From the NCBI GenBank assembly GCA_964484605.1, contig CAZAGJ010000106.1, positions 1 through 5,411 on the forward strand: a stretch of DNA of 5,411 nucleotides, in the 5' to 3' direction. The position numbers and the translations under genes are program-made. Every line of letters begins with the position of its first letter. Positions within the stretch are counted from its first letter, which is position 1. A model generated the notes under the pieces. It made no database searches. It had not been told where the DNA came from and was given only the letters and a program-made list of their open reading frames with translations. This document shows, in pieces, positions 1 to 5,167 of the stretch. The stretch is from an uncultured Roseburia sp. (GTDB taxonomy: Bacteria; Bacillota; Clostridia; Lachnospirales; Lachnospiraceae).

Positions 1-56
1 TCGGAGATCAACCCTACTGATCAACCTCTCGGAGATCAACCCTACTGATCAACCTT
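1..56. repeat. Two 28-bp tandem units (tcggagatcaaccctactgatcaacctc); same array as 5203-5411
   Basis: Unit 1 is 1-28. Unit 2 is 29-56 and differs only in its last base (t for c). Each unit carries GATCAACC twice (positions 6, 19, 34, 47). A degenerate half-unit, tcgggggagcatccc, follows at 57-71. Confidence 0.95.
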
Positions 57-246
57 TCGGGGGAGCATCCCTATAATCATGAAGAAACTCCGCAGCATCC
101 ATACATTCACGGACAAACTGCCCTATTTGCTCTTGTAAAGCTTTCTGAGCAACTTTACGCATGGGGAGAGGCAAGGACGCAAGAGCTTCATCAAGCGCCA
201 CAGAAAGCTCCTCAGAGCCAAAGAAAGGGGTTTTATTTTCTTTCAT
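49..246 (-). CDS. 65-aa helical protein with a possible ribbon-helix-helix (CopG/Arc/omega-like) DNA-binding pattern
   Basis: ATG at 246 is preceded by AAAGGAGA (263-256) with a 9-nt spacer. The start overlaps the pI-like stop by 14 nt. The N-terminal segment KTPFFGSEELSVALDEALASLPLPMRKVAQKALQEQ fits the RHH pattern of a short strand, helix, turn and helix (compare CopG KRLTITLSESVLENLEKMAREMGLSKSAMISVALENY, from memory). The TGA stop at 49-51 lies inside the last repeat unit. Confidence 0.6.
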   Translation of the reverse strand: MKENKTPFFGSEELSVALDEALASLPLPMRKVAQKALQEQIGQFVRECMDAAEFLHDYRDAPPKG

Positions 247-868
247 CGGATTTCATCTCCTTTGTAATAATCTGTTCTGTATCATATTCAAGTTTACTAA
301 CCTGCTGAACAGACTTAGGAATCGTATACCACTTAGCAGAACCAGCCTTTTTTACAGTATTCACGAGTTCCTGACCGCCATCGGGTTTCGTAGCCATAGC
401 AATACAAGAGCGATAAGGCTGTAAACGGCAGAACCAGCCGAGACGATTACAAACATAGATCTTATCACAGAGATCGCGAATCTTCTTATCAAAATCCATG
501 GTCTGAGAACTAACCACGATCGTAAGGCGATACTTGCGTTGCATCTTGAAGAACTCGACACACTCACGCGGCATGGTCTTAAATTCACGGTTAGAATGGA
601 CAACACCGATCTCATCAATCAGAATCAAAGAATCAGGGGGATAAGAGGAGTTCCAATAATCAGGGCGGAGATCATAACCGATACCCATGTTAGAATAGAT
701 CATGCCTTTATTTTTCGTCATCCACTCATTGGCCATGCGAGACATGAAAAGAGATTTGCCAGAACCCTTAGAGCCTACGACCGCAAAAAGCTTATAAGGA
801 TTGCTACAATATTTATTGATATAATAAAAGCAGAAAACCAAGGCAAGAATAAAAAGAGCATACAGCAT
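233..868 (-). CDS. Zot / pI-like phage assembly (morphogenesis) P-loop ATPase with an N-terminal transmembrane helix, 211 aa
   Basis: Walker A is GSKGSGKS and Walker B is LILIDEIG. Downstream, QRKYRLTIVVSSQTMDFDKKIRDL matches the Zot-family pattern hRH.G.D..l.tQ....d..ir. The N-terminal hydrophobic segment is LYALFILALVFCFYYI. I prefer the ATG at 868 (GAAAGG at 882-877, 8-nt spacer) over the track start at 895, which is a TTG inside the 890-931 hairpin with no SD. Confidence 0.75.
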   Translation of the reverse strand: MLYALFILALVFCFYYINKYCSNPYKLFAVVGSKGSGKSLFMSRMANEWMTKNKGMIYSNMGIGYDLRPDYWNSSYPPDSLILIDEIGVVHSNREFKTMPRECVEFFKMQRKYRLTIVVSSQTMDFDKKIRDLCDKIYVCNRLGWFCRLQPYRSCIAMATKPDGGQELVNTVKKAGSAKWYTIPKSVQQVSKLEYDTEQIITKEMKSDERK

Positions 869-889
869 AAAAAATACCTTTCTAAATAC

Positions 890-931
890 GATCAAAGGGG
901 ACGGCCAAAAAATTGGCCGTCCCCTTTGATC
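890..931 (-). terminator. Perfect 19-bp stem / 4-nt loop hairpin between the 56-aa coat-like gene and the pI-like gene; candidate attenuator or ssDNA signal
   Basis: gatcaaaggggacggccaa (890-908), loop aaaa (909-912), ttggccgtcccctttgatc (913-931). Every position pairs. On the minus strand only the stem's own TTT plus GATCGTATTT follows, so the U-tract is weak. Confidence 0.5.
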
Positions 932-948
932 TCAGGGATGGGATGGAC

Positions 949-1119
949 TCAGGAACGACCAGGAATCCAGCGGCGAAGCCAACGAATGACAATGCCTGCA
1001 ATCGCGATAACCACGAAAACAAGGAGAATCGGCTGGGACTCGTAAAGATCCAGCATTTCACCGAGCCAAGTGATCATCTGAGTAAAGAAAGTGCCAACGT
1101 CAGTAAAAAGAGTGCTCAT
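949..1119 (-). CDS. 56-aa coat-protein-like small membrane protein; candidate major capsid protein
   Basis: My translation is MSTLFTDVGTFFTQMITWLGEMLDLYESQPILLVFVVIAIAGIVIRWLRRWIPGRS. It has an acidic N-terminal half, one TM helix and a basic C-terminus (RWLRRWIPGRS), as in inovirus major coat proteins. The strong hairpin follows it, as a terminator follows gVIII in Ff phages. It was missing from the ORF track, presumably because of a length cutoff. No SD is visible upstream of the ATG at 1119. Confidence 0.55.
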   Translation of the reverse strand: MSTLFTDVGTFFTQMITWLGEMLDLYESQPILLVFVVIAIAGIVIRWLRRWIPGRS

Positions 1120-1173
1120 AGAGAAAACAGCGGCTTGAAAGATCAGCCCCTTTCATAATATTTGGAACGGTAA

Positions 1174-1299
1174 TCACCGCAATCCACGAAGAATAACAAG
1201 AAAGAAACAACAAACAGAAAGGACAATAACAGGATAAGCGATAGGCTCAAGGGTAAAAACCTGAACAGCTTTATCAATAGGGAGAATATCAGGAATCAT
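1174..1299 (-). CDS. 41-aa single-TM small protein; minor coat-like
   Basis: My translation is MIPDILPIDKAVQVFTLEPIAYPVIVLSVCCFFLVILRGLR. The ATG at 1299 is 1 nt after the TGA of the 199-aa ORF. GGAAGGA (1315-1309) lies 9 nt upstream. It has a hydrophobic core and a basic tail. Confidence 0.5.
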   Translation of the reverse strand: MIPDILPIDKAVQVFTLEPIAYPVIVLSVCCFFLVILRGLR

Positions 1300-1300
1300 G

Positions 1301-1900
1301 TCAACTCATCCTTCCAAAGATAGCAGAACGCAGCCAAGTAACGACAGTAACGAAAGTAAGGACAACCAGAATAGCCGCAGAAATTGCCGCCGGGTTGAGA
1401 ACCTGAACAGTTTCGGTAACAGTTTCCTCAAACGGAAGTTCATAAATCTGATAACCACCGGAAATGGAATAACGCTGGGACTGATAACCAGATCGAACTG
1501 TCTCGTTAGTGCGTTCCACGAAGAACGTATCCCCAAACCAATCAATGATAGCAGAGAAAGTATTGTCAACGTCAGGCAAAGAAGCAAAGAGAGCAGGAGC
1601 AGAAACGTCTCCATCGGAATAGGGAGTTGGAGACCCAACAAAAACTTCGTCATACTGAAGATCTTCACCTACTTCCGAACCAAGTTCAAAACGAGTATTA
1701 GCAGGGTCTTCCAAAGTGTCCTGAATCTGCTGATCTGAGACAGAAGAATCAGACGAAGAAAGGTCAGCAAGTGCCTTTTGCGTAGCTACATAATAATCAT
1801 ACTGTTCCTGCGTCCAATACTCGAAAGTACCGTCACCCATATCAAGTTGAACATAGGTCACACCGTTATCAACATAGGTATACACAACAGAAGGAATCAA
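1301..1900 (-). CDS. 199-aa acidic protein with a C-terminal TM anchor; putative virion or assembly-associated protein
   Basis: TTG start at 1900 is preceded by GAGGTGA (1913-1907) with a 6-nt spacer. The C-terminal hydrophobic helix AAISAAILVVLTFVTVVTWL is followed by a basic tail, RSAIFGRMS. There is no N-terminal signal peptide and I recognise no family. Confidence 0.65.
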   Translation of the reverse strand: MIPSVVYTYVDNGVTYVQLDMGDGTFEYWTQEQYDYYVATQKALADLSSSDSSVSDQQIQDTLEDPANTRFELGSEVGEDLQYDEVFVGSPTPYSDGDVSAPALFASLPDVDNTFSAIIDWFGDTFFVERTNETVRSGYQSQRYSISGGYQIYELPFEETVTETVQVLNPAAISAAILVVLTFVTVVTWLRSAIFGRMS

Positions 1901-1911
1901 AAAAAATCACC

Positions 1912-2103
1912 TCATTTTGACGAACCATCAGACCAAAATTGATGAAGAAGAACACCGACCAGAGTAAAAAGAAGAGAAACAAGAAAGAAGTTCAAAAAAG
2001 AACCAAAAACAGGGAAAGGAGCAGTTAAAAGAGGATGAATCCAATCAGAATAAATAAGGACGAAATAAGAAAGAAAATCGCTGAGATTTACCAAGGCAAC
2101 CAT
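1912..2103 (-). CDS. 63-aa hydrophobic membrane protein; pVI-like role possible
   Basis: Hydrophobic segments are FLSYFVLIY and FGSFLNFFLVSLLFTLVGVLL. The ATG at 2103 directly abuts AAGGA with no spacer, so the TTG at codon 4 (9-nt spacer) may be the real start. Its TGA stop is embedded in the SD of the next gene. Confidence 0.5.
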   Translation of the reverse strand: MVALVNLSDFLSYFVLIYSDWIHPLLTAPFPVFGSFLNFFLVSLLFTLVGVLLHQFWSDGSSK

Positions 2104-2216
2104 TCCTTTACAAATTTATAAATGCCAAGGGCAACAAGAAGAGTAAGCAACGAACCGAAGATAGCTAAAGCAGGAGACGAGGAAAAGAACTGAGTAAGAA
2201 AATCAAACCAAGACAT
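2088..2216 (-). CDS. 42-aa Pf3-type coat-protein-like small protein; alternative major coat candidate
   Basis: My translation is MSWFDFLTQFFSSSPALAIFGSLLTLLVALGIYKFVKEWLPW. The ATG at 2216 directly follows the TAA of the pIII-like gene (TAAATG). It has an acidic N-terminus, one TM helix and a basic/aromatic C-terminus. GAAAGG lies 11 nt upstream. It overlaps the next ORF by 16 nt. Confidence 0.5.
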   Translation of the reverse strand: MSWFDFLTQFFSSSPALAIFGSLLTLLVALGIYKFVKEWLPW

Positions 2217-3371
2217 TTAAGCCATCGCCTTTCGCAGAAGAATCAAAATAACGGCAAAACCAGCGCACATTAGAGCAACAGTTGAAACGAGAGGAATAGA
2301 AAAGAACGTACCGATCAGCGAGAAAAAAGAAGAAGCAGTATCAGCATCAATGGTGTCGGCATCGCGGAGATCTTCAAAAGTGGCCTTATCATTGGCAATG
2401 TGATCTTCAACCTCGGGGAAAAGCTCAACTAATTCATTCTGCAAATCCTCGAAAGCATCGAGGTTAGCTGGGAACTCATCACCGACTTTGAGACCAGCAG
2501 GAAGCTTGTTAGCATCCACCCAATAAGAAACAACAGCAGCACAATTGATATAACCATTAGCAGGTACGGTAGAAATACACGCATTATAAACAAGATCATA
2601 AGGGACAATATAAAAACCAAGATCAGAAGTCTCAGCATTATAAAAATCTGCTAAAGCGTACTGCTGGAAGCCTGGAGACTCAGTGCCAGAGACCCAAGAA
2701 GAAAAATTAGTCAGACCATAACGAATTGAAGAACAGTTTTGAAGAAGCTTAATAGTAGTTGTACCACGAGAAATTTCAATACCCGAACAAGTTGAAACTT
2801 TCTCACCGTTAGAGGTTCTATACCAACAACAATAAGGCAAACAAGAAACCTGCTGACTCACAGACCAAGCCGAAGAAAAAGGAGAAGAACCAGTAAAAGT
2901 ATAAAGTTCACTGGGAACAAACGGATTGATAGAAAAACGACCAGTATAAGAAGAAGTAACGTTTTGACCGTTTGAATAAATAGACTTGATATCAAGCGAA
3001 CTGATTTCAACGTAACTATTCGCACCCAACGGAAGAGACGAGCGCCAGAGCTGAGGATAATTTACTGGTTGAATCCAAACGTCACGGGCGCCAGTCTCGG
3101 TAAAAGAAGCTTCGATGCTCACCCATTGACAACGAAAAAGGTGAGCATATTCCGAGCCGCCAACGTAAGGAGAAAGCTTGAAATACTTGCTATCAACACC
3201 ACTCTCAGACTTCATCAAGGCCTCATCCACGATAGTCCATTTTGAGGTGCTCGCGTTATTGCTGGCGAACGCAGGGACAATCAAAAGACAACTCATAATC
3301 AGTACACAGAAAAGAGCGCCGAGCCGATGACAGAACCGATATTTGGAGGAAATACGTTTTTTCTTTTTCAA
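2217..3371 (-). CDS. 384-aa secreted, Cys-rich protein with a C-terminal membrane anchor; pIII-like adsorption / minor coat candidate
   Basis: The preferred start is the TTG at 3371, with AAAGGAG (3386-3380) 8 nt upstream. This gives a classical signal peptide, MKKKKRISSKYRFCHRLGALFCVLIMSCLLIVPAFA / SNN. The mature region is beta-rich with several Cys, then an acidic helical stretch, then the TM segment FFSIPLVSTVALMCAGFAVILILL followed by RKAMA. The track start at 3389 is a TTG overlapping the SD itself. Confidence 0.7.
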   Translation of the reverse strand: MKKKKRISSKYRFCHRLGALFCVLIMSCLLIVPAFASNNASTSKWTIVDEALMKSESGVDSKYFKLSPYVGGSEYAHLFRCQWVSIEASFTETGARDVWIQPVNYPQLWRSSLPLGANSYVEISSLDIKSIYSNGQNVTSSYTGRFSINPFVPSELYTFTGSSPFSSAWSVSQQVSCLPYCCWYRTSNGEKVSTCSGIEISRGTTTIKLLQNCSSIRYGLTNFSSWVSGTESPGFQQYALADFYNAETSDLGFYIVPYDLVYNACISTVPANGYINCAAVVSYWVDANKLPAGLKVGDEFPANLDAFEDLQNELVELFPEVEDHIANDKATFEDLRDADTIDADTASSFFSLIGTFFSIPLVSTVALMCAGFAVILILLRKAMA

Positions 3372-3393
3372 GCTCAGCGCTCCTTTCAAGAAG

Positions 3394-3467
3394 TGGTTGC
3401 GGGACTATGATTCGAACATAGAGTTTCAGGTTCAAAGCCTGATGTGCTACCACTGCACCATCCCGCC
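3394..3467 (-). tRNA. tRNA-Gln (anticodon UUG), 74 nt, CCA encoded
   Basis: Minus strand reads GGCGGGA TG GTGC AGTGGTA GCAC A TCAGG CTTTGAA CCTGA AACT CTATG TTCGAAT CATAG TCCCGCA A CCA. The acceptor stem has 6 of 7 pairs (G1/A72 mismatch). U8, A14, GG in the D loop and A21 are present. The 5-bp anticodon stem carries U33, anticodon TTG (3435-3433) and A37. The T stem has G53-C61, with T loop TTCGAAT. Discriminator is A, followed by CCA. Confidence 0.85.
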
Positions 3468-3470
3468 AAA

Positions 3471-3496
3471 TCTGAGCGCCACCGCTGACGCTCAGA
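3471..3496 (-). other. 8-bp stem / 10-nt loop hairpin immediately 5' of the tRNA
   Basis: tctgagcg (3471-3478) pairs with cgctcaga (3489-3496), with loop ccaccgctga. On the minus strand it is followed only by TTT before the tRNA 5' end, so it is a weak terminator at best. Confidence 0.4.
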
Positions 3497-3527
3497 AGTA
3501 CAGATTATGATAGAATGATATTAAATT

Positions 3528-3767
3528 TTAGAACTTTGCAGGGGAAACACGATTGACTCTGCCGAAACGATTATATTCAAGATCAATTGTATCATCGAGC
3601 TGAGGGATATAACCACCACACTTATTGAGGGAAACGAAAATGCGGTCAGCTACAACACCAGTAACGCGATCTTCGCCGTAAGTGACATAAAGCGTATACC
3701 CCTCGATGACAGAGCCATCATTGGCAGTAAACTTCGACGCTCGATAACCGACTACTTCACAAATCAT
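3528..3767 (-). CDS. 79-aa gene-V-like putative ssDNA-binding protein
   Basis: ATG at 3767 has AGGAG (3779-3775) 7 nt upstream and overlaps the Rep stop by 11 nt. It sits directly after rep, as in inoviruses. The sequence is beta-rich. As I recall the Ff gVp sequence, it shows similar N-terminal (MIKVEI...FTTRSG versus MICEVV...FTANDG) and C-terminal (RLRLVPAK versus RVNRVSPAKF) patterns. Confidence 0.55.
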   Translation of the reverse strand: MICEVVGYRASKFTANDGSVIEGYTLYVTYGEDRVTGVVADRIFVSLNKCGGYIPQLDDTIDLEYNRFGRVNRVSPAKF

Positions 3768-4935
3768 ACTGACGCTCCTTTCTAAAAATATTTATATCCT
3801 CAAACGGTTCATCCACAAAGGGAGAATCCGCAGAAGCTTCTTCAATCTCATCAAAATCAGCAGACCAACGTTTATTGGTCTCGATCAGATCAAGAACGGC
3901 AGCATAAAGAGAGAGACCAGAAACAGGGCATTTAACCTGATTCTTCCAAGACCAATCCAAGCAGGCCTTCTCAAGCAAGTTAGGATAGTTAAGAAGACCA
4001 TCAATAAAGCGCAGGCCGAAATTATCGAAAGCATATTCAGTCTTTTTGCGTTCACCGATCATGGAAATCTCAGACTTAGCACCGATCGAGGAAACAAGCG
4101 AATCAATATAGGCGATATCGTATCCCCTAACAGCACAGGAGAGAGAGCGAGCGGAAATATCCGTAACAAACTCTGCATCCTCGAAGTCAGACGGAAGAAG
4201 AACGGAAGAACCGTATTTCATCCAAGTCTTATGAATCCAATCGAAAAGACGAGAATCGGAATCATAATACCAATCGAAAAGCGGAGAGGGGTCAAAAATG
4301 AAACGTTCACCGCGTACAGACTGATGATGACGTTTCAATTCCAACTCATAACGAATAACATACGAATCATCGGGAATAGCCTTGATCACACCAGTTTCAT
4401 CAATGAACGTATATTCAGAATCTTCCAAAGTCTTATTATAGATACGGCAGAAAATAGCAGAGGAACGGGAGCCGATATAAACGGTAGTTGCATCCCCATA
4501 ACCTTGATAAACGAATTTCATACGTTTACGAGCTTTGGAAGGGTCGTTCATTTCCTCGACAGAAGCGCCGATAACACCAAGATAGTAATCGCGCCAAGCC
4601 TTTTTGGGAAGAATCACATCAAAAGCAAAGTCGAGACGATTAAAATGCGCCTGTTCGCCACCATCTCGCAGAATATCAGCAAGGCGAGGGAGCGTCTGAC
4701 GGAACTGCTCGCAACCAGCGCCAGAGACTTGAAGAATGTGCGGATTCTGGACAGAACCGCAATCAGGCTTGAAGAAAAGGCCAAGGGGTGAATGATAGGG
4801 GGACTTCTCCGAACGTCCAATTTGCTTGAAACCAAGTTCAGCACCACCAGCAAGAGCTTCCTGAATAGAAGATAGAGAGACAGAAGCAGGGGTAAAAGCA
4901 AAAGTTGCGTAATCAAGACGAAGAACATATTTCAT
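3757..4935 (-). CDS. Rolling-circle replication initiator, Rep_trans family (pT181 RepC / CTXphi RstA type), 392 aa
   Basis: Motifs seen are LDYATFAF, HILQVSGAGCEQF, NRLDFAFD, TVYIGSRSSAIFCRIYNK and IRYELELK. These match my recollection of the Rep_trans (PF02486) conserved blocks. The preferred start is the ATG at 4935 (MKYVLRLDY), with AGGAGG (4950-4945) 9 nt upstream. The track start at 5058 would run through the promoter. Confidence 0.8.
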   Translation of the reverse strand: MKYVLRLDYATFAFTPASVSLSSIQEALAGGAELGFKQIGRSEKSPYHSPLGLFFKPDCGSVQNPHILQVSGAGCEQFRQTLPRLADILRDGGEQAHFNRLDFAFDVILPKKAWRDYYLGVIGASVEEMNDPSKARKRMKFVYQGYGDATTVYIGSRSSAIFCRIYNKTLEDSEYTFIDETGVIKAIPDDSYVIRYELELKRHHQSVRGERFIFDPSPLFDWYYDSDSRLFDWIHKTWMKYGSSVLLPSDFEDAEFVTDISARSLSCAVRGYDIAYIDSLVSSIGAKSEISMIGERKKTEYAFDNFGLRFIDGLLNYPNLLEKACLDWSWKNQVKCPVSGLSLYAAVLDLIETNKRWSADFDEIEEASADSPFVDEPFEDINIFRKERQYDL

Positions 4936-4969
4936 CGGGTGCATCCTCCTAACGATAATCTGTAGCTTC

Positions 4970-4998
4970 AATATAATGCCTGCAAGGGAGCTTGTCAA
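4970..4998 (-). promoter_or_regulatory. Sigma70/SigA-type promoter for rep and probably the whole operon
   Basis: The minus strand reads TTGACA (4998-4993), a 17-nt spacer, then TATATT (4975-4970). This lies about 35 nt upstream of the rep ATG. Confidence 0.65.
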
Positions 4999-5016
4999 GA
5001 ACTCTCTGCGTTTTAG

Positions 5017-5124
5017 GGAGGGTATTACAGAAACCCTCCAAACGAAACTGCCAACCACGTTGGCAAGGAGTGCCGATCTAATCGATAGCTTGGCGCAGGG
5101 GCGCGACTCGTCCGCTACGCGGAC
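5017..5124 (-). promoter_or_regulatory. Cluster of three short GC-rich hairpins in the only sizeable noncoding region; candidate replication origin or packaging region
   Basis: Hairpin 1: ggagggt (5017-5023) pairs with accctcc (5033-5039), 9-nt loop. Hairpin 2: tgccaac (5049-5055) pairs with gttggca (5059-5065), 3-nt loop. Hairpin 3: gtccgc (5110-5115) pairs with gcggac (5119-5124), 3-nt loop. The position is analogous to the structured intergenic region of Ff phages and to the dso/sso of RCR plasmids. Confidence 0.4.
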
Positions 5125-5132
5125 TTCCTTTC

Positions 5133-5167
5133 AAAGAAAAAGAGCACCAGCTTTTTCACTGGTGCTC
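5133..5167 (-). terminator. Rho-independent terminator (minus strand) ending the genome-length operon
   Basis: The minus strand reads GAGCACCAG, loop TGAAAAAG, CTGGTGCTC, then TTTTTCTTT. That is a 9-bp GC-rich stem (5142-5150 / 5159-5167), an 8-nt loop and a T-tract (5141-5133). Confidence 0.75.

Noticed and set aside
700-790. ParA-type deviant Walker A in the 233-868 protein, which would have paired with the RHH and array as a partition system
   Set aside because: The motif GSKGSGKS has its lysine one position off from the ParA signature xKGGxGK[ST]. The downstream blocks fit Zot/pI, and the protein is membrane-anchored.
3394-3467. Suppressor tRNA or stop-codon recoding
   Set aside because: The anticodon is TTG (reads CAA/CAG), not CTA, TTA or TCA. 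The predicted genes end in TGA or TAA. TAG is simply not used among about ten genes, which is too few to infer reassignment.
3499-3526. dif-like XerCD site in tacagattatg-atagaa-tgatattaaat
   Set aside because: Only the right arm resembles the XerD half-site TTATGTTAAAT (about 8 of 11). The left arm does not match the E. coli or B. subtilis dif arms as I recall them. The region is better described as an AT-rich spacer with a short direct repeat, atgata ga atgata.
3497-3540. A dedicated promoter for the tRNA (TATCAT / CATAAT -10-like hexamers)
   Set aside because: No acceptable -35 element lies at 16-18 nt; the best candidates, TTCTAA and TGCAAA, match 3 of 6. Co-transcription from the rep promoter is more parsimonious, although a weak promoter cannot be excluded.
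361-4928. Alternative-frame minus-strand ORFs (361-618, 1306-1668, 2429-2638, 3256-3453, 4614-4928)
   Set aside because: Each is nested out of frame inside a better-supported gene, and the products are Leu/Ser-rich. 3256-3453 would also read straight through the tRNA.
4972-4977. Plus-strand TATAAT hexamer as a divergent promoter
   Set aside because: No -35-like sequence lies 16-18 nt upstream on the plus strand (ctaacg), and there is no credible plus-strand gene downstream.
4936-5058. The long Rep start at 5058 (433 aa) and the long starts at 3389 and 895 given by the track
   Set aside because: The 5058 start would place the promoter and its -10 and -35 elements inside the coding region, and it lacks an SD. 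The 3389 TTG overlaps the SD used by the 3371 TTG. The 895 TTG lies inside the 19-bp hairpin with no SD.
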